From a virus, in the IMG/VR virus record IMGVR_UViG_3300042453_002354, positions 92,878-156,877 of that record: 64,000 nucleotides of DNA. The stretch is one strand, 5' to 3'. This document shows, one piece after another, positions 20,400 through 29,516 of the stretch. The translations under genes were made by a program, and so were the position numbers. The stretch's first letter is position 1. Each line of letters starts with the position of its first letter. The notes under the pieces are model-generated. The model had not been told where the DNA came from. It worked only from the letters and a program-made list of their open reading frames with translations, and searched no databases.

Positions 20400-22222
20400 T
20401 ATCTATTCTCATTAATAACTGTAACTTTTACATCCGTCTGTTGAATTAATAACATTCTATTTCTACTTGCGAAAAAATCACCATTCGATGGCGTAGCATA
20501 GAAATATAGTTTATTACCGCCATCACTTAATCCTTGTATACTTAGGCTAGATATTTGAATCGCACCAGTTTCATAATTTACAGAACCTATATTGTCATTT
20601 ACTATAATTTTATTTGAGCCGAATGGTCTGTATGCAAATAGTTTTCCATTACCATCATCAGTTATAAATGTTTCAAAACCGTTGAATATAAATCCAGAAC
20701 TTTTTATTGTTCTTATATCATGTAGTACATCGCCCAAATCAAGAGAAGATTGAAACGAAAAATTATATTGAACTGGTACATTAAACGGTGGCGTTACGGC
20801 ATATTTCAAGTAGACTGAAGTGATATTACCAGTTATTGAATCATCAGCTTGATCGATATATCTCAAAAGCGTACTGTATCTAAAGGTAGTATCAAATCCA
20901 CTCAACTTCTCTGCCGCAAATTTATTTATCGACTCTCTAACAGAGTTTTCTATCTGACCTGAAGATTTGCTATTTTTCCTGCCTTCAAATCTAACCGTAG
21001 TTTCTATGCCAATATTCATATACTCTGGATCTACCATTTCAACTTCAATGGCGACCATATTTCTAGGTCTAATAATTGTATTAATAATAGATTCTTTTTC
21101 TATTGTATTAAAGGTCAATCCATTCTTTGGTTTGGCAGAAACGAAAACAACACCATACTTTGGTGGTGAATTGTCTTCACCTCCCCAGACTCTAACGTGT
21201 TCTATTTGTGGATAGTCTTTAATCAATAAAGTTTCGTAATCCGATTTTGTCACCGCTCTAGCTTGTGTGTCATAATATAATGGTGCTTTAAATTTTACAC
21301 TCTCTATAGTTTCTTTATCTGAACCATTTCTCAAAGATTCTAGTGTGGTTATCGATATGTATTGTGGTGGAATCGTAACGCTATTTGGTGCAGTCAAGCT
21401 GGTAGTAGTAAACTTACTCAATCCGTGATATAATGGACCGTCAGTTACAAAATATGTTGCAGAGATTTGATTGCCATCTACTAATTTTTTTCCTATAAAC
21501 CCATCACCAAAGTAGAGTTCCAAAAATTCATTATCTGCTTCTTGTAGAAAGTAAACATTGTCATTAGGACCAACTTCAGTTACATCCTTTGCTAAAGTCC
21601 AAGTGTCTCCTTGTGCAACACCTGAGTTTTGTAATATAGTAACAAAAAGTTTTGTACTGTCTATATTAGCATTTGGCAAAATGAATCTTTGGGTTGAATT
21701 TAATTCATTGTCTACAGTAAATTTGTGAGTTATTTTTTTGCCTTGATAGATGTCTATATCAGCGGAATATTGCTGTACACCCCCAACTAGGGTTGTTTTT
21801 GGAAGAACAACCCTATCCATCGTATAAAGTTGTATTGGCTGATTAGAAGATCTAGAGGTAAATTCGTGGTGTAATGGAACTATTATGTACTCAGGAAATT
21901 CGGGAAAGGCTGAACTAGGCAATTTAACTGTTAAGTTAAGTTTTGCATAAGGTGCCCTAATACTAGTAGGAACATAACCCAAAGATTTAGCTCTTGAGAT
22001 TACATTATTTCTCAATATGGCACTATCCAGAAATGATTCGTTCGCAATCATATTTGAATAAAATGCATTGTAACCTGTATTATATGCAAGAACATCTAAT
22101 AGCAAGTTTATTCCAGAACCTTCAAAATTGTAATCCTGAAACTCTGGTTGATTTCTTAAAAAATCTTTGAGATTTTGTTTAATCTGCTGAAAATCCAATT
22201 CAGTGAACTTTTTGATTGTCAT
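20399..22222 (-). CDS. gp6: Baseplate wedge subunit
   Basis: LDFQQIKQNLK..L..Q.EF.DYNFEGSG...LLDVLAYNT.YNAFY.NM.ANESFLDSA; RAVT..DY; VWGGEDN.PP.YG.VF. Confidence 0.93.
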   Translation of the reverse strand: MTIKKFTELDFQQIKQNLKDFLRNQPEFQDYNFEGSGINLLLDVLAYNTGYNAFYSNMIANESFLDSAILRNNVISRAKSLGYVPTSIRAPYAKLNLTVKLPSSAFPEFPEYIIVPLHHEFTSRSSNQPIQLYTMDRVVLPKTTLVGGVQQYSADIDIYQGKKITHKFTVDNELNSTQRFILPNANIDSTKLFVTILQNSGVAQGDTWTLAKDVTEVGPNDNVYFLQEADNEFLELYFGDGFIGKKLVDGNQISATYFVTDGPLYHGLSKFTTTSLTAPNSVTIPPQYISITTLESLRNGSDKETIESVKFKAPLYYDTQARAVTKSDYETLLIKDYPQIEHVRVWGGEDNSPPKYGVVFVSAKPKNGLTFNTIEKESIINTIIRPRNMVAIEVEMVDPEYMNIGIETTVRFEGRKNSKSSGQIENSVRESINKFAAEKLSGFDTTFRYSTLLRYIDQADDSITGNITSVYLKYAVTPPFNVPVQYNFSFQSSLDLGDVLHDIRTIKSSGFIFNGFETFITDDGNGKLFAYRPFGSNKIIVNDNIGSVNYETGAIQISSLSIQGLSDGGNKLYFYATPSNGDFFASRNRMLLIQQTDVKVTVINENR

Positions 22223-22630
22223 TTATCGGACCCTTTTTAGTGAAAATGTAATCTGCTTCGATTCGGTTTCTCCAACTATGTAGAACTGAATTTGTAACAC
22301 CAAAGTATTTTGATTTAGTAGATTTTTTGATGGTGGAGACATAACCTGTATTGATTGTATTCTAACTCTAGGCTCATAATCACGAATGGCCTCTTGAATC
22401 TTAGTTTTTATGATGTGTTCTGTCTGTGAATCGTACTGTTCAAACAATTGAGAAATTACATTTCCACCGAAAGATGGATTATAAAACTTTTCATAAAAAT
22501 TAGTCGATACAATTTGTCGAACGGCTCTTGCGATGGCCCTATCACCTCTAAGTGGTATCAAATCGCCTGTGTCTGGATGTGGAGTGAAAGATAGATCTAA
22601 ATCGCTATATCTTCTTTTTTCTAGAGCCAT
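22223..22630 (-). CDS. gp25: Baseplate wedge subunit (GPW/gp25 family)
   Basis: YSDLDLSFT.HP.TGD; TNFYEK.YNP.FG; AI..YEPRV; adjacent to gp6. Confidence 0.9.
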   Translation of the reverse strand: MALEKRRYSDLDLSFTPHPDTGDLIPLRGDRAIARAVRQIVSTNFYEKFYNPSFGGNVISQLFEQYDSQTEHIIKTKIQEAIRDYEPRVRIQSIQVMSPPSKNLLNQNTLVLQIQFYIVGETESKQITFSLKRVR

Positions 22631-22670
22631 AAACTATTGATGCCTAAACTAAAAGTCTTACGACTTTTAT

Positions 22671-23012
22671 TTATACTAGGATCAAAAAATAGTATGACCA
22701 ACAGAACATTACATAAACATAGAAAGAATTCACTGTAAAAAGTGATGTAAGTAAAAATTTACTGTTCAATATCGATTCTGTATGATATGCATAAGACAAT
22801 ACGAATAGTGCTAATGACTTTACCAAAGATAATCCAAACATTGCGCCAAGGTGATAACAAAGCCATTTCACCAATGGATTACCTTCAATTTCCACAGAAC
22901 CGTGATTTAATATACCAAAATATGTAAAATTCATGTCCAAAAATTGAACAATTAGTAGCGATACGATAAGTACTTTGTTTAATTTTTTAATCATGTCTAA
23001 ATTTACCATCAT
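22671..23012 (-). CDS. Small membrane protein (DUF5658-like)
   Basis: Three hydrophobic segments; LD..FTY.GI...EGNPLV..L motif. Confidence 0.6.
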   Translation of the reverse strand: MMVNLDMIKKLNKVLIVSLLIVQFLDMNFTYFGILNHGSVEIEGNPLVKWLCYHLGAMFGLSLVKSLALFVLSYAYHTESILNSKFLLTSLFTVNSFYVYVMFCWSYYFLILV

Positions 23013-25620
23013 ATACTAAGAATTCACGAGTGTTGTCGGATATAATAAATTGTTTTGGATAATCTTTGGCATATTTTGAAAATCTATAGTGATCTCTACC
23101 ACCATTTGCATTACCAGCAAATCTAGGCCTTTCAATCACATTACCTTTTCTGTGTTTCGGTGCGGTGACTTGCCATTTAGAAAAATCTCCTGGTCCGTGA
23201 TCGTAATAGATGAAAAACGTTTCCAATTCACCTGTCGGCAATGCTTCATACATCACTATTGGTCCACTGCCCGGCGGAACTAGAACGACTGGTTTACCAT
23301 CACTATCTGCTTTTGGTTTGTAGAGATAGTTGCTTTGACTCGGATCGTATGAACCATTAGAAAATCTAATTCTAAATCCAGGCTTGAAGTTGGAAGAGGT
23401 TTGTTCGGTAGTACTTTCAGCTTCTGGTATGAATGGAGGTTCTAAGTTTGGTGTATAAATGGGCGAGAATGTCGGAAACAAATTAGCAACACCTGCCACA
23501 TTAAATGAGGCGGTATTGTTTCCGATAGTAGGAGATTCAAATATGATAGATGAAGCAGCTCTCATTGAAATATAACTCAAAGATTCAAATGCTATCGTAT
23601 CTGCGATTATTTTAACTTTACCGTCAACCTTTAATACGTAATCGCCACCTACTTCTACTTCTTTATTATCTGCGATCTTTTGTGCGTGACCACCTTCCAT
23701 TTCTTGAAAGGTTGTGCCAGATTTAATAGATAAACCACCTGTACTTATTGTAGTTGAACCAGATTCGATTGTCAATTCGGTTTCTGATTTTATTTTTGTG
23801 GATTCATCGGAAGTTAAGTTTATATTTTTATTGCTTGCTATGTACATATCGGCCACCGATATTGTGTACAGTTTATTCAAGCACTTATCGACCAGTGTAC
23901 CATCAGGATGAATTTCTCTAAATGTGCCAGAACGATGATACCAATGCAATCTTTCTGCCTTTGGTGTATCATCTATTTCTATGTAATGTCCAGATTCGGA
24001 TTGATATACGTGATTGTATGGCCATTTTGCAGCATAAGGCGTTGCAGGTTCTTCAAAGGGTTCGCCTTCGACTGGTAGTTGATCTTTTGTTTCGCCCTTT
24101 GTCTCTGTTTTTTGTGGATTAACAATCCTCGGTAAAGATGGACTTAATTTCATTCCTTTTACTGGTTCATATGCGGCCGCCGAAAAGGAGGAAACATTTG
24201 AATTCTTTTTACCTACGATGGTATCTTCTATTTTTTGATTTCTGGCAAGTCTTGGTGTTACTGGTTCATTTAAGTATGGTTCAAGTGGATATCTACTAGC
24301 AGAATAAACTGGCGTGTTGTATGTCGCTGAAGACTGTTCTTCGGCGGTGCTTGTTGCCGATGGTCTTAGTAACTCCGCATCTGCTTCATCGTAAACACCA
24401 TCATTGTTTACGTCATACGGAAAGTTTTGTATATCAAAATCTTTTTGTAAAACACCAACTGCGGTTCCTTGTGTGAATAGTTTATTTTCATTCCTAAGAG
24501 GATCATTACTTTCTCTTTCATTTTCAAATTCTATCGGAACCAATTCTTCATCATTTGCACCAAAATCTAGTCCCAAAAATTCTGAGATTTTTTGTGCTGT
24601 ACTTCTTCCAAACCTTGATATCATCTCAAGTGGATTGTTAATTGGAATCAAGGCAGTTATGACGGAAGAAACATTACTTACAACATCGCCATTAAACAAT
24701 TGAGTAACTTCAAATGTTCCACCATTTTGTATGTTCGATAAAATCAAATTAATAGGACTAGAAGGACCAAGAGTGGAAAGAGATTGTGATACTTCTGGTG
24801 GTATTATATTATTGACATATGATGTTATTCTATTAGTCACCTCAGATTGTAAGACATCTTTAAAATTCAGCAACAAATCTGGATTAGCTGACATTTGATT
24901 CAATATGACATTTAATCCGTCCGTTACATTTCTTCTGTTTGTGTCTGACAGATTTTTAGCGGAAGAAATTCCCATTCCATTGATCAAGTTATCAAAACTA
25001 TTTGCACTCAAATCTTCAGATAATAGCGATAGACCATTTGAAGGATTTAAAAATGTTTGAGCCAAATTTAATGTCGATTGTGAATTAAACTTTGGCAATT
25101 GCTGTACTAGATTGTCTATTTTCGTTCTATCATTTACTGGTACTTGATAACGCACATCAGTTAAAAACTTATTGACTGAAGTTTTGGATGCATCTTGCAT
25201 TCCAGTTACAAAATTGGAGCCAAAATCATACGAACCACCGAACTCTGGAGGTCTAGGTACTTCACCATTGCTTAATTGTTCGGGTGTGGTAGGATCGTTA
25301 AATCCTACGTCAGGTACAGAGGTTTGTGTCGGTATGCCTGGTATCATACCTATCACACAAGGCATTTGGCATATGGTAGAATCCATAAAAAAGCCAAAAA
25401 CCCAGTCACCTTCCCTGAGTCCTACGACATTGTTTCCGTGATCGATTGGTAAACAAACCTGAGCCCAAGGTAGAGTATCAGTCGGTATTTGACTCTTATC
25501 TTCGGTGTGTAGTCCAAAAATGCGTACACGAACACGACCTAGCATTAGAGGGTCCATTCGATCCTCTACTACGCCTTTCCACCACACGAAACCGTCTAAG
25601 CCTTCAAAGTTTTTTAACAT
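22987..25620 (-). CDS. gp5: Baseplate hub / central spike protein, no recognisable lysozyme domain
   Basis: OB-fold FVWWKGVVEDR.DPL.LGRVRVRI.G.H; WPYNHVYQSESGH.IEIDDTP..ERLH.YHRSGTF.EIHPDG; beta-helix-like repeats. Confidence 0.9.
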   Translation of the reverse strand: MLKNFEGLDGFVWWKGVVEDRMDPLMLGRVRVRIFGLHTEDKSQIPTDTLPWAQVCLPIDHGNNVVGLREGDWVFGFFMDSTICQMPCVIGMIPGIPTQTSVPDVGFNDPTTPEQLSNGEVPRPPEFGGSYDFGSNFVTGMQDASKTSVNKFLTDVRYQVPVNDRTKIDNLVQQLPKFNSQSTLNLAQTFLNPSNGLSLLSEDLSANSFDNLINGMGISSAKNLSDTNRRNVTDGLNVILNQMSANPDLLLNFKDVLQSEVTNRITSYVNNIIPPEVSQSLSTLGPSSPINLILSNIQNGGTFEVTQLFNGDVVSNVSSVITALIPINNPLEMISRFGRSTAQKISEFLGLDFGANDEELVPIEFENERESNDPLRNENKLFTQGTAVGVLQKDFDIQNFPYDVNNDGVYDEADAELLRPSATSTAEEQSSATYNTPVYSASRYPLEPYLNEPVTPRLARNQKIEDTIVGKKNSNVSSFSAAAYEPVKGMKLSPSLPRIVNPQKTETKGETKDQLPVEGEPFEEPATPYAAKWPYNHVYQSESGHYIEIDDTPKAERLHWYHRSGTFREIHPDGTLVDKCLNKLYTISVADMYIASNKNINLTSDESTKIKSETELTIESGSTTISTGGLSIKSGTTFQEMEGGHAQKIADNKEVEVGGDYVLKVDGKVKIIADTIAFESLSYISMRAASSIIFESPTIGNNTASFNVAGVANLFPTFSPIYTPNLEPPFIPEAESTTEQTSSNFKPGFRIRFSNGSYDPSQSNYLYKPKADSDGKPVVLVPPGSGPIVMYEALPTGELETFFIYYDHGPGDFSKWQVTAPKHRKGNVIERPRFAGNANGGRDHYRFSKYAKDYPKQFIISDNTREFLVYDGKFRHD

Positions 25621-25647
25621 AGTGCGTTTATGAAAAATGATCTCTAG

Positions 25648-25875
25648 TTATGTATCTTTCAAACATTTATCATCTAGCGTCTTTTTCGCTAAAGAGACCA
25701 TTTTTATGTAATCCATCACTATTAAAAAGTCTTCTACGATTTCATCTTCTATTCTGTACATCTCCTCAATACTTAGATCACTGTGCATATTAAAATCGAT
25801 AGAATCTCTGAATAATCTAATCAGAGATTTTCTTGCAGTATTATAGAGATATCGATCATTTACTGGTCTAGTCAT
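25648..25875 (-). CDS. Hypothetical protein
   Basis: ORF; ATG immediately after upstream stop. Confidence 0.5.
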   Translation of the reverse strand: MTRPVNDRYLYNTARKSLIRLFRDSIDFNMHSDLSIEEMYRIEDEIVEDFLIVMDYIKMVSLAKKTLDDKCLKDT

Positions 25876-25876
25876 T

Positions 25877-26530
25877 TTAAGTCCAAAGAAAAAATCTGAT
25901 ATCAATCAGACGATGTAACATTTCTTGATCTTCTTTATCCCAATATTGTTCTAGTTCAAATGAGTTCTGCCGAAGTTCCTTTCTCAACTCTCTCTCACTT
26001 TCAGTAAGTTCATCTTCCATCGTAAGAAATTTAGAACCTTCGATTTCTACAAACTTGTACCATTTTCTACCATCATTGTTTACCTGCTTTATTAATTCTT
26101 CAATCTGAATTAGATTTATATCTACTCTGCCAGGTCTAGCATCTTTCCACCAAAGATAAAGCTCCCTAACTTCTTTAGCGAAATTTCTGTGACCTTCATT
26201 TAAATCTTCACCATCCCTCGATAGTTCTGGACTCATATTTAACCAAAGTTCTAGATATGATAATCCAAGTTCTCGATTAGATAATCCCTTGTAACTAATC
26301 TTTTTAAATCTTCGATGACCTATTTCCATTTTAGCCAATTCGTTCTCGACAAAGTGTGTCAATACTGCAAAATTGGCATATAATAACATCTCACGAGAAT
26401 CTGAAAAGCCAGGTTTAGTTCCTAAGTGTACTACGTGATACTTGTCGTATGTTCTGTGTGCAATCCACGATTTTATTCGGTAAAACTTATGGACAATATC
26501 ATTCAGTATAAGTTTTTGCATCGTCTTCAT
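25877..26530 (-). CDS. Conserved phage hypothetical protein
   Basis: D.RE.LLYANF..L..FVE.E; E.RELYLWWK..RP.R; EDQEMLHRLIDIR..LWT pattern seen in large-phage proteins; start set at MKTMQK. Confidence 0.6.
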   Translation of the reverse strand: MKTMQKLILNDIVHKFYRIKSWIAHRTYDKYHVVHLGTKPGFSDSREMLLYANFAVLTHFVENELAKMEIGHRRFKKISYKGLSNRELGLSYLELWLNMSPELSRDGEDLNEGHRNFAKEVRELYLWWKDARPGRVDINLIQIEELIKQVNNDGRKWYKFVEIEGSKFLTMEDELTESERELRKELRQNSFELEQYWDKEDQEMLHRLIDIRFFLWT

Positions 26531-26555
26531 AATATTATACCAAAAAAATACACAC

Positions 26556-26867
26556 TTATTCTTTGTTGTTTTGTTCGTGTAATTGTTTAAGTGTCTCGCC
26601 GAGAAATACACACTCCATATAAGATTCTGAACAAGGTCTCCATTTTTGCACTTTCTTATACTCTATTCTATTTTGTTTTGCATCTACCCAAAACGGTTCA
26701 TCTTCATCTATGTCCAGATATGCAAGCACATTATCATTTTCTTGTTCAACCCATACCAACATATTCAAACAAGGTCTAACCTTGTGCATAAAATTCCAAT
26801 CATTAAAATTTATGTAGGCAAGTTCAAACTCAAAATCAAAGTCAACCACATCATCAAAGTATATCAT
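26556..26867 (-). CDS. Hypothetical protein
   Basis: 103-aa ORF in dense minus-strand operon. Confidence 0.55.
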   Translation of the reverse strand: MIYFDDVVDFDFEFELAYINFNDWNFMHKVRPCLNMLVWVEQENDNVLAYLDIDEDEPFWVDAKQNRIEYKKVQKWRPCSESYMECVFLGETLKQLHEQNNKE

Positions 26868-27043
26868 TGTAATAATTCCTCTACAAGTTTTTTATAAACG
26901 TCATATGCCTCTAGCAATTCTGAGAGCATCGGTGTTATCTCTTCTTCTTTTAATTCATAAAAGCCGCCTAATAAGATGTCTTCAACATCCTTTATAAGTT
27001 CTTTAAGAATTTCTAACTTTTCTATGGCGATGTCAATTTCCAT
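26864..27043 (-). CDS. Hypothetical helical protein (59 aa, not in ORF track)
   Basis: MEIDIAIEKLEILKELIK...LVEELLQ*; fills gap, ATGA overlap with downstream gene. Confidence 0.55.
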   Translation of the reverse strand: MEIDIAIEKLEILKELIKDVEDILLGGFYELKEEEITPMLSELLEAYDVYKKLVEELLQ

Positions 27044-27046
27044 TTT

Positions 27047-27304
27047 TTAGTCTTCATATAAAAATGCTTCGATTCTTTTTAGTTTTTCTTGTAGCGTTTT
27101 CAATCTTGCTTGCAGCTTCCATCTTTTTGTTGGATTTTTTCTTACCTGAAGTCTACCAAAAACATCCATATATTTTTGTTGATATTTCTGATATGATTTA
27201 AGTGCTTCGGCATTTAACTTTCTAGTAACCGAAGTCTGGTTCGGTTCCGCTGTGCTCAATTCTTGATTGCTCTCCTCTTCCTTTGGTGATAATGTTTCTG
27301 TCAT
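27047..27304 (-). CDS. Hypothetical protein
   Basis: AGGAG RBS before MTETLS; overlaps 3' end of ung. Confidence 0.5.
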   Translation of the reverse strand: MTETLSPKEEESNQELSTAEPNQTSVTRKLNAEALKSYQKYQQKYMDVFGRLQVRKNPTKRWKLQARLKTLQEKLKRIEAFLYED

Positions 27305-27968
27305 TTTTTTCTCCTTCAACTTTAATCGGATTCCAATCTATAATATCTATTTTATGCTTTTTTAGAAACTCATTGCAAGCAGAAAAATGCTTACAATTAA
27401 AAAAACCTCTGTGTGCTGAAAGTGGCGATGGATGTGCAGCTTTCAGTATCAGGTGCTTTTTCTTGTCTATGAATGCAGAACATTTGGCAGATTTCTGACC
27501 CCACAACATAAAAACCACATTTGGCAAAGAATCCGAAATGTGCTTTATAACTCTTTCGGTAAAAATCTCCCACCCCAATCCATAATGAGAACCTGGTCTT
27601 CCGTTCTCTACTGTTAAAACTCTATTCAGTAAAAATACACCCTGATCAATCCAATTTGACAGTCTACCTTGAATTTGGATATCTCCGATGTCTGACTGTA
27701 TTTCCTTAAATATATTGTTCAGAGAAGCGGGTACAGTCTCTTCCGTAGACTCGAATGCAACACCAGTAGCAGCACCATTGTGATAAGGATCTTGTCCTAT
27801 TATAACCACTTTGATTTTGGCTAGTGGCACACTCGCAAAAATTTTAAACGTATTTTCTGGATCTGGATATACTAGCGTCCGTTTTCTCTCATTGGTCACA
27901 CGTAATGCCAAATCCTGAAAATATTGTTCGTGCGATTGTAATGTTAAAAATTCTCTCCACTCTTGCAT
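27222..27968 (-). CDS. ung: Uracil-DNA glycosylase (family 1)
   Basis: KVVIIGQDPYH, P.SL.NIFKE, QGVFLLN..LTV, VFMLWG, HPSPLSA.RGFF. Confidence 0.95.
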   Translation of the reverse strand: MQEWREFLTLQSHEQYFQDLALRVTNERKRTLVYPDPENTFKIFASVPLAKIKVVIIGQDPYHNGAATGVAFESTEETVPASLNNIFKEIQSDIGDIQIQGRLSNWIDQGVFLLNRVLTVENGRPGSHYGLGWEIFTERVIKHISDSLPNVVFMLWGQKSAKCSAFIDKKKHLILKAAHPSPLSAHRGFFNCKHFSACNEFLKKHKIDIIDWNPIKVEGEKNDRNIITKGRGEQSRIEHSGTEPDFGY

Positions 27969-28141
27969 AAATTATTCAATTGCTCCTGTAAAAGTTTCTT
28001 CTTGAGATACAGCTCTTCAAGTTCTCTGAAAAGATTTATGCAACCTATACCAACGCACGAATGTATTGTTCTGTATACATACTGAATTTGGCATTCGGTC
28101 TTTTCAATTTCTTCTCTAATTTCTTTAATCAAGGTCGTCAT
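27944..28141 (-). CDS. Hypothetical protein
   Basis: Short ORF overlapping neighbours. Confidence 0.4.
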   Translation of the reverse strand: MTTLIKEIREEIEKTECQIQYVYRTIHSCVGIGCINLFRELEELYLKKKLLQEQLNNLCKSGENF

Positions 28142-28433
28142 TTTCTGTATTCCCATTTTGTAAATTTTCGCAACGCAAAACATAGTCTTCTGTAACTAAT
28201 TCACAAAATTGCTTTTCGCTAATGTTATTTAAGTCTGATCCTTTTAACTTTAAAATTTTCAACGTCTTTGTAATTGATAATATCATAGTTGAATAGACAG
28301 TGCAATTACTTGCAAAAATTTTATTTGCCACTTCCAAATCAGATAAGGTTGATGATTTTACACTTCTTGCGGTGCCAAATCCTATAACCCAAAATATCAA
28401 AGCAAATACAATATCCACAAAAGTCAAATTCAT
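28125..28433 (-). CDS. Hypothetical membrane-anchored protein
   Basis: N-terminal hydrophobic segment; AGGA RBS. Confidence 0.5.
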   Translation of the reverse strand: MNLTFVDIVFALIFWVIGFGTARSVKSSTLSDLEVANKIFASNCTVYSTMILSITKTLKILKLKGSDLNNISEKQFCELVTEDYVLRCENLQNGNTENDDLD

Positions 28434-28447
28434 TATTTTTCCTATGT

Positions 28448-28738
28448 TTAACGTTTTTGATTATAACCGGATGAAAAACTACTTGATGCGTATGCTTCTT
28501 TTCTTGCATATTGAATTAATTCATTAACTCTAATTTCCAAATTTGTATATCTTTCTCGTCTATACTTTCGACTCTCTTCTTCAATCTTCTGTCTCGAAAT
28601 GCAAGTATACTTTTGGTGCAAAATTACAGATACTTCATAACTAGTGTATACAGAATGTCTTGCCAGATCATAAAACTCGTGGATTAATTCTTCTTGTTTT
28701 ATTAGAAGGTGACTTGTAATTTGAGTCATATTATCCAC
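28448..28738 (-). CDS. Hypothetical protein
   Basis: ORF in operon. Confidence 0.5.
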   Translation of the reverse strand: MDNMTQITSHLLIKQEELIHEFYDLARHSVYTSYEVSVILHQKYTCISRQKIEEESRKYRRERYTNLEIRVNELIQYARKEAYASSSFSSGYNQKR

Positions 28739-29325
28739 CTTAAAAATAATTTTTTAGAATCTGGTCTGTTCATTATATAATCGCAAGTTTCGGCTATAAT
28801 GTCAAGACCGTTTGTTATGAAGTCGGCCTCAGCTTCAGAATATTTTTTAATGTGCTGTAAATACAATTCTTTATAGTGCATTGCATTGTAATAAGATAAC
28901 AACCAATCGTGTTGTTGATATCTATCGATCTTTAATGAATTGATTTTAAGGTTGAAAATATTAAATAGATTTTTCCCTATTGATTTTGTCAATCTAGTAT
29001 CAAATGAATTTTGATTATATTCTGATATGAAATGCCCTATTTTAAATTTGTGATTCTTGTGTATAGAAGATGTAAACTTATATGTTATGGGTGCATACAA
29101 ATTACCGCCCAATGAAGATACCAAACCCTTTTCTGATAAGAACTTCCACTTCTTATAAGAATATTCATTTATACCTTTTTTATTTTCATCTCTCCAAAAA
29201 TCAACTTCTTCACTCTGCGGACAAATTTCTTTGTTGAACATATCGGTAAACTTTTCGATATGCTCTTCGTATTCAAGAAATTTGGCATAGTCCTCAAAGC
29301 GAACTAAAGTGACTTCAGTTGTCAT
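28726..29325 (-). CDS. Hypothetical protein
   Basis: 199-aa ORF with GAGGG RBS. Confidence 0.6.
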   Translation of the reverse strand: MTTEVTLVRFEDYAKFLEYEEHIEKFTDMFNKEICPQSEEVDFWRDENKKGINEYSYKKWKFLSEKGLVSSLGGNLYAPITYKFTSSIHKNHKFKIGHFISEYNQNSFDTRLTKSIGKNLFNIFNLKINSLKIDRYQQHDWLLSYYNAMHYKELYLQHIKKYSEAEADFITNGLDIIAETCDYIMNRPDSKKLFLRWII

Positions 29326-29458
29326 TTATTTCCCTCTGAGATATTTGTGTTCTATTTCCTTTTTTCTTTTTCTTTTTGTTTGCGTGTACAAACACAGAAA
29401 GAAATTTGAAATCAATAAAATGTCTAGTCTTTGTTCTTTTTTTCTTTTTGTTTGCCAT
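29315..29458 (-). CDS. Small highly basic protein
   Basis: MANKKKKRTKTR...KKKKKKG; GGGAGA RBS; directly behind a sigma70 promoter. Confidence 0.45.
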   Translation of the reverse strand: MANKKKKRTKTRHFIDFKFLSVFVHANKKKKKKGNRTQISQREINDN

Positions 29459-29479
29459 ATTGCTTCTCCCTATTTTTAT

Positions 29480-29509
29480 ATTATAACAAAAAGGATCATA
29501 ACATAGCAA
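29480..29509 (-). promoter_or_regulatory. sigma70-type early promoter TTGCTA-N18-TATAAT (extended -10)
   Basis: Reverse complement ttgcta-tgttatgatcctttttgt-tataat. Confidence 0.55.
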
Positions 29510-29516
29510 ATGTTTA

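Noticed and set aside
1125-25441. Numerous short plus-strand ORFs in the structural module (and similar shadows elsewhere)
   Set aside because: Antisense shadows of long minus-strand genes with no RBS or recognisable motifs.
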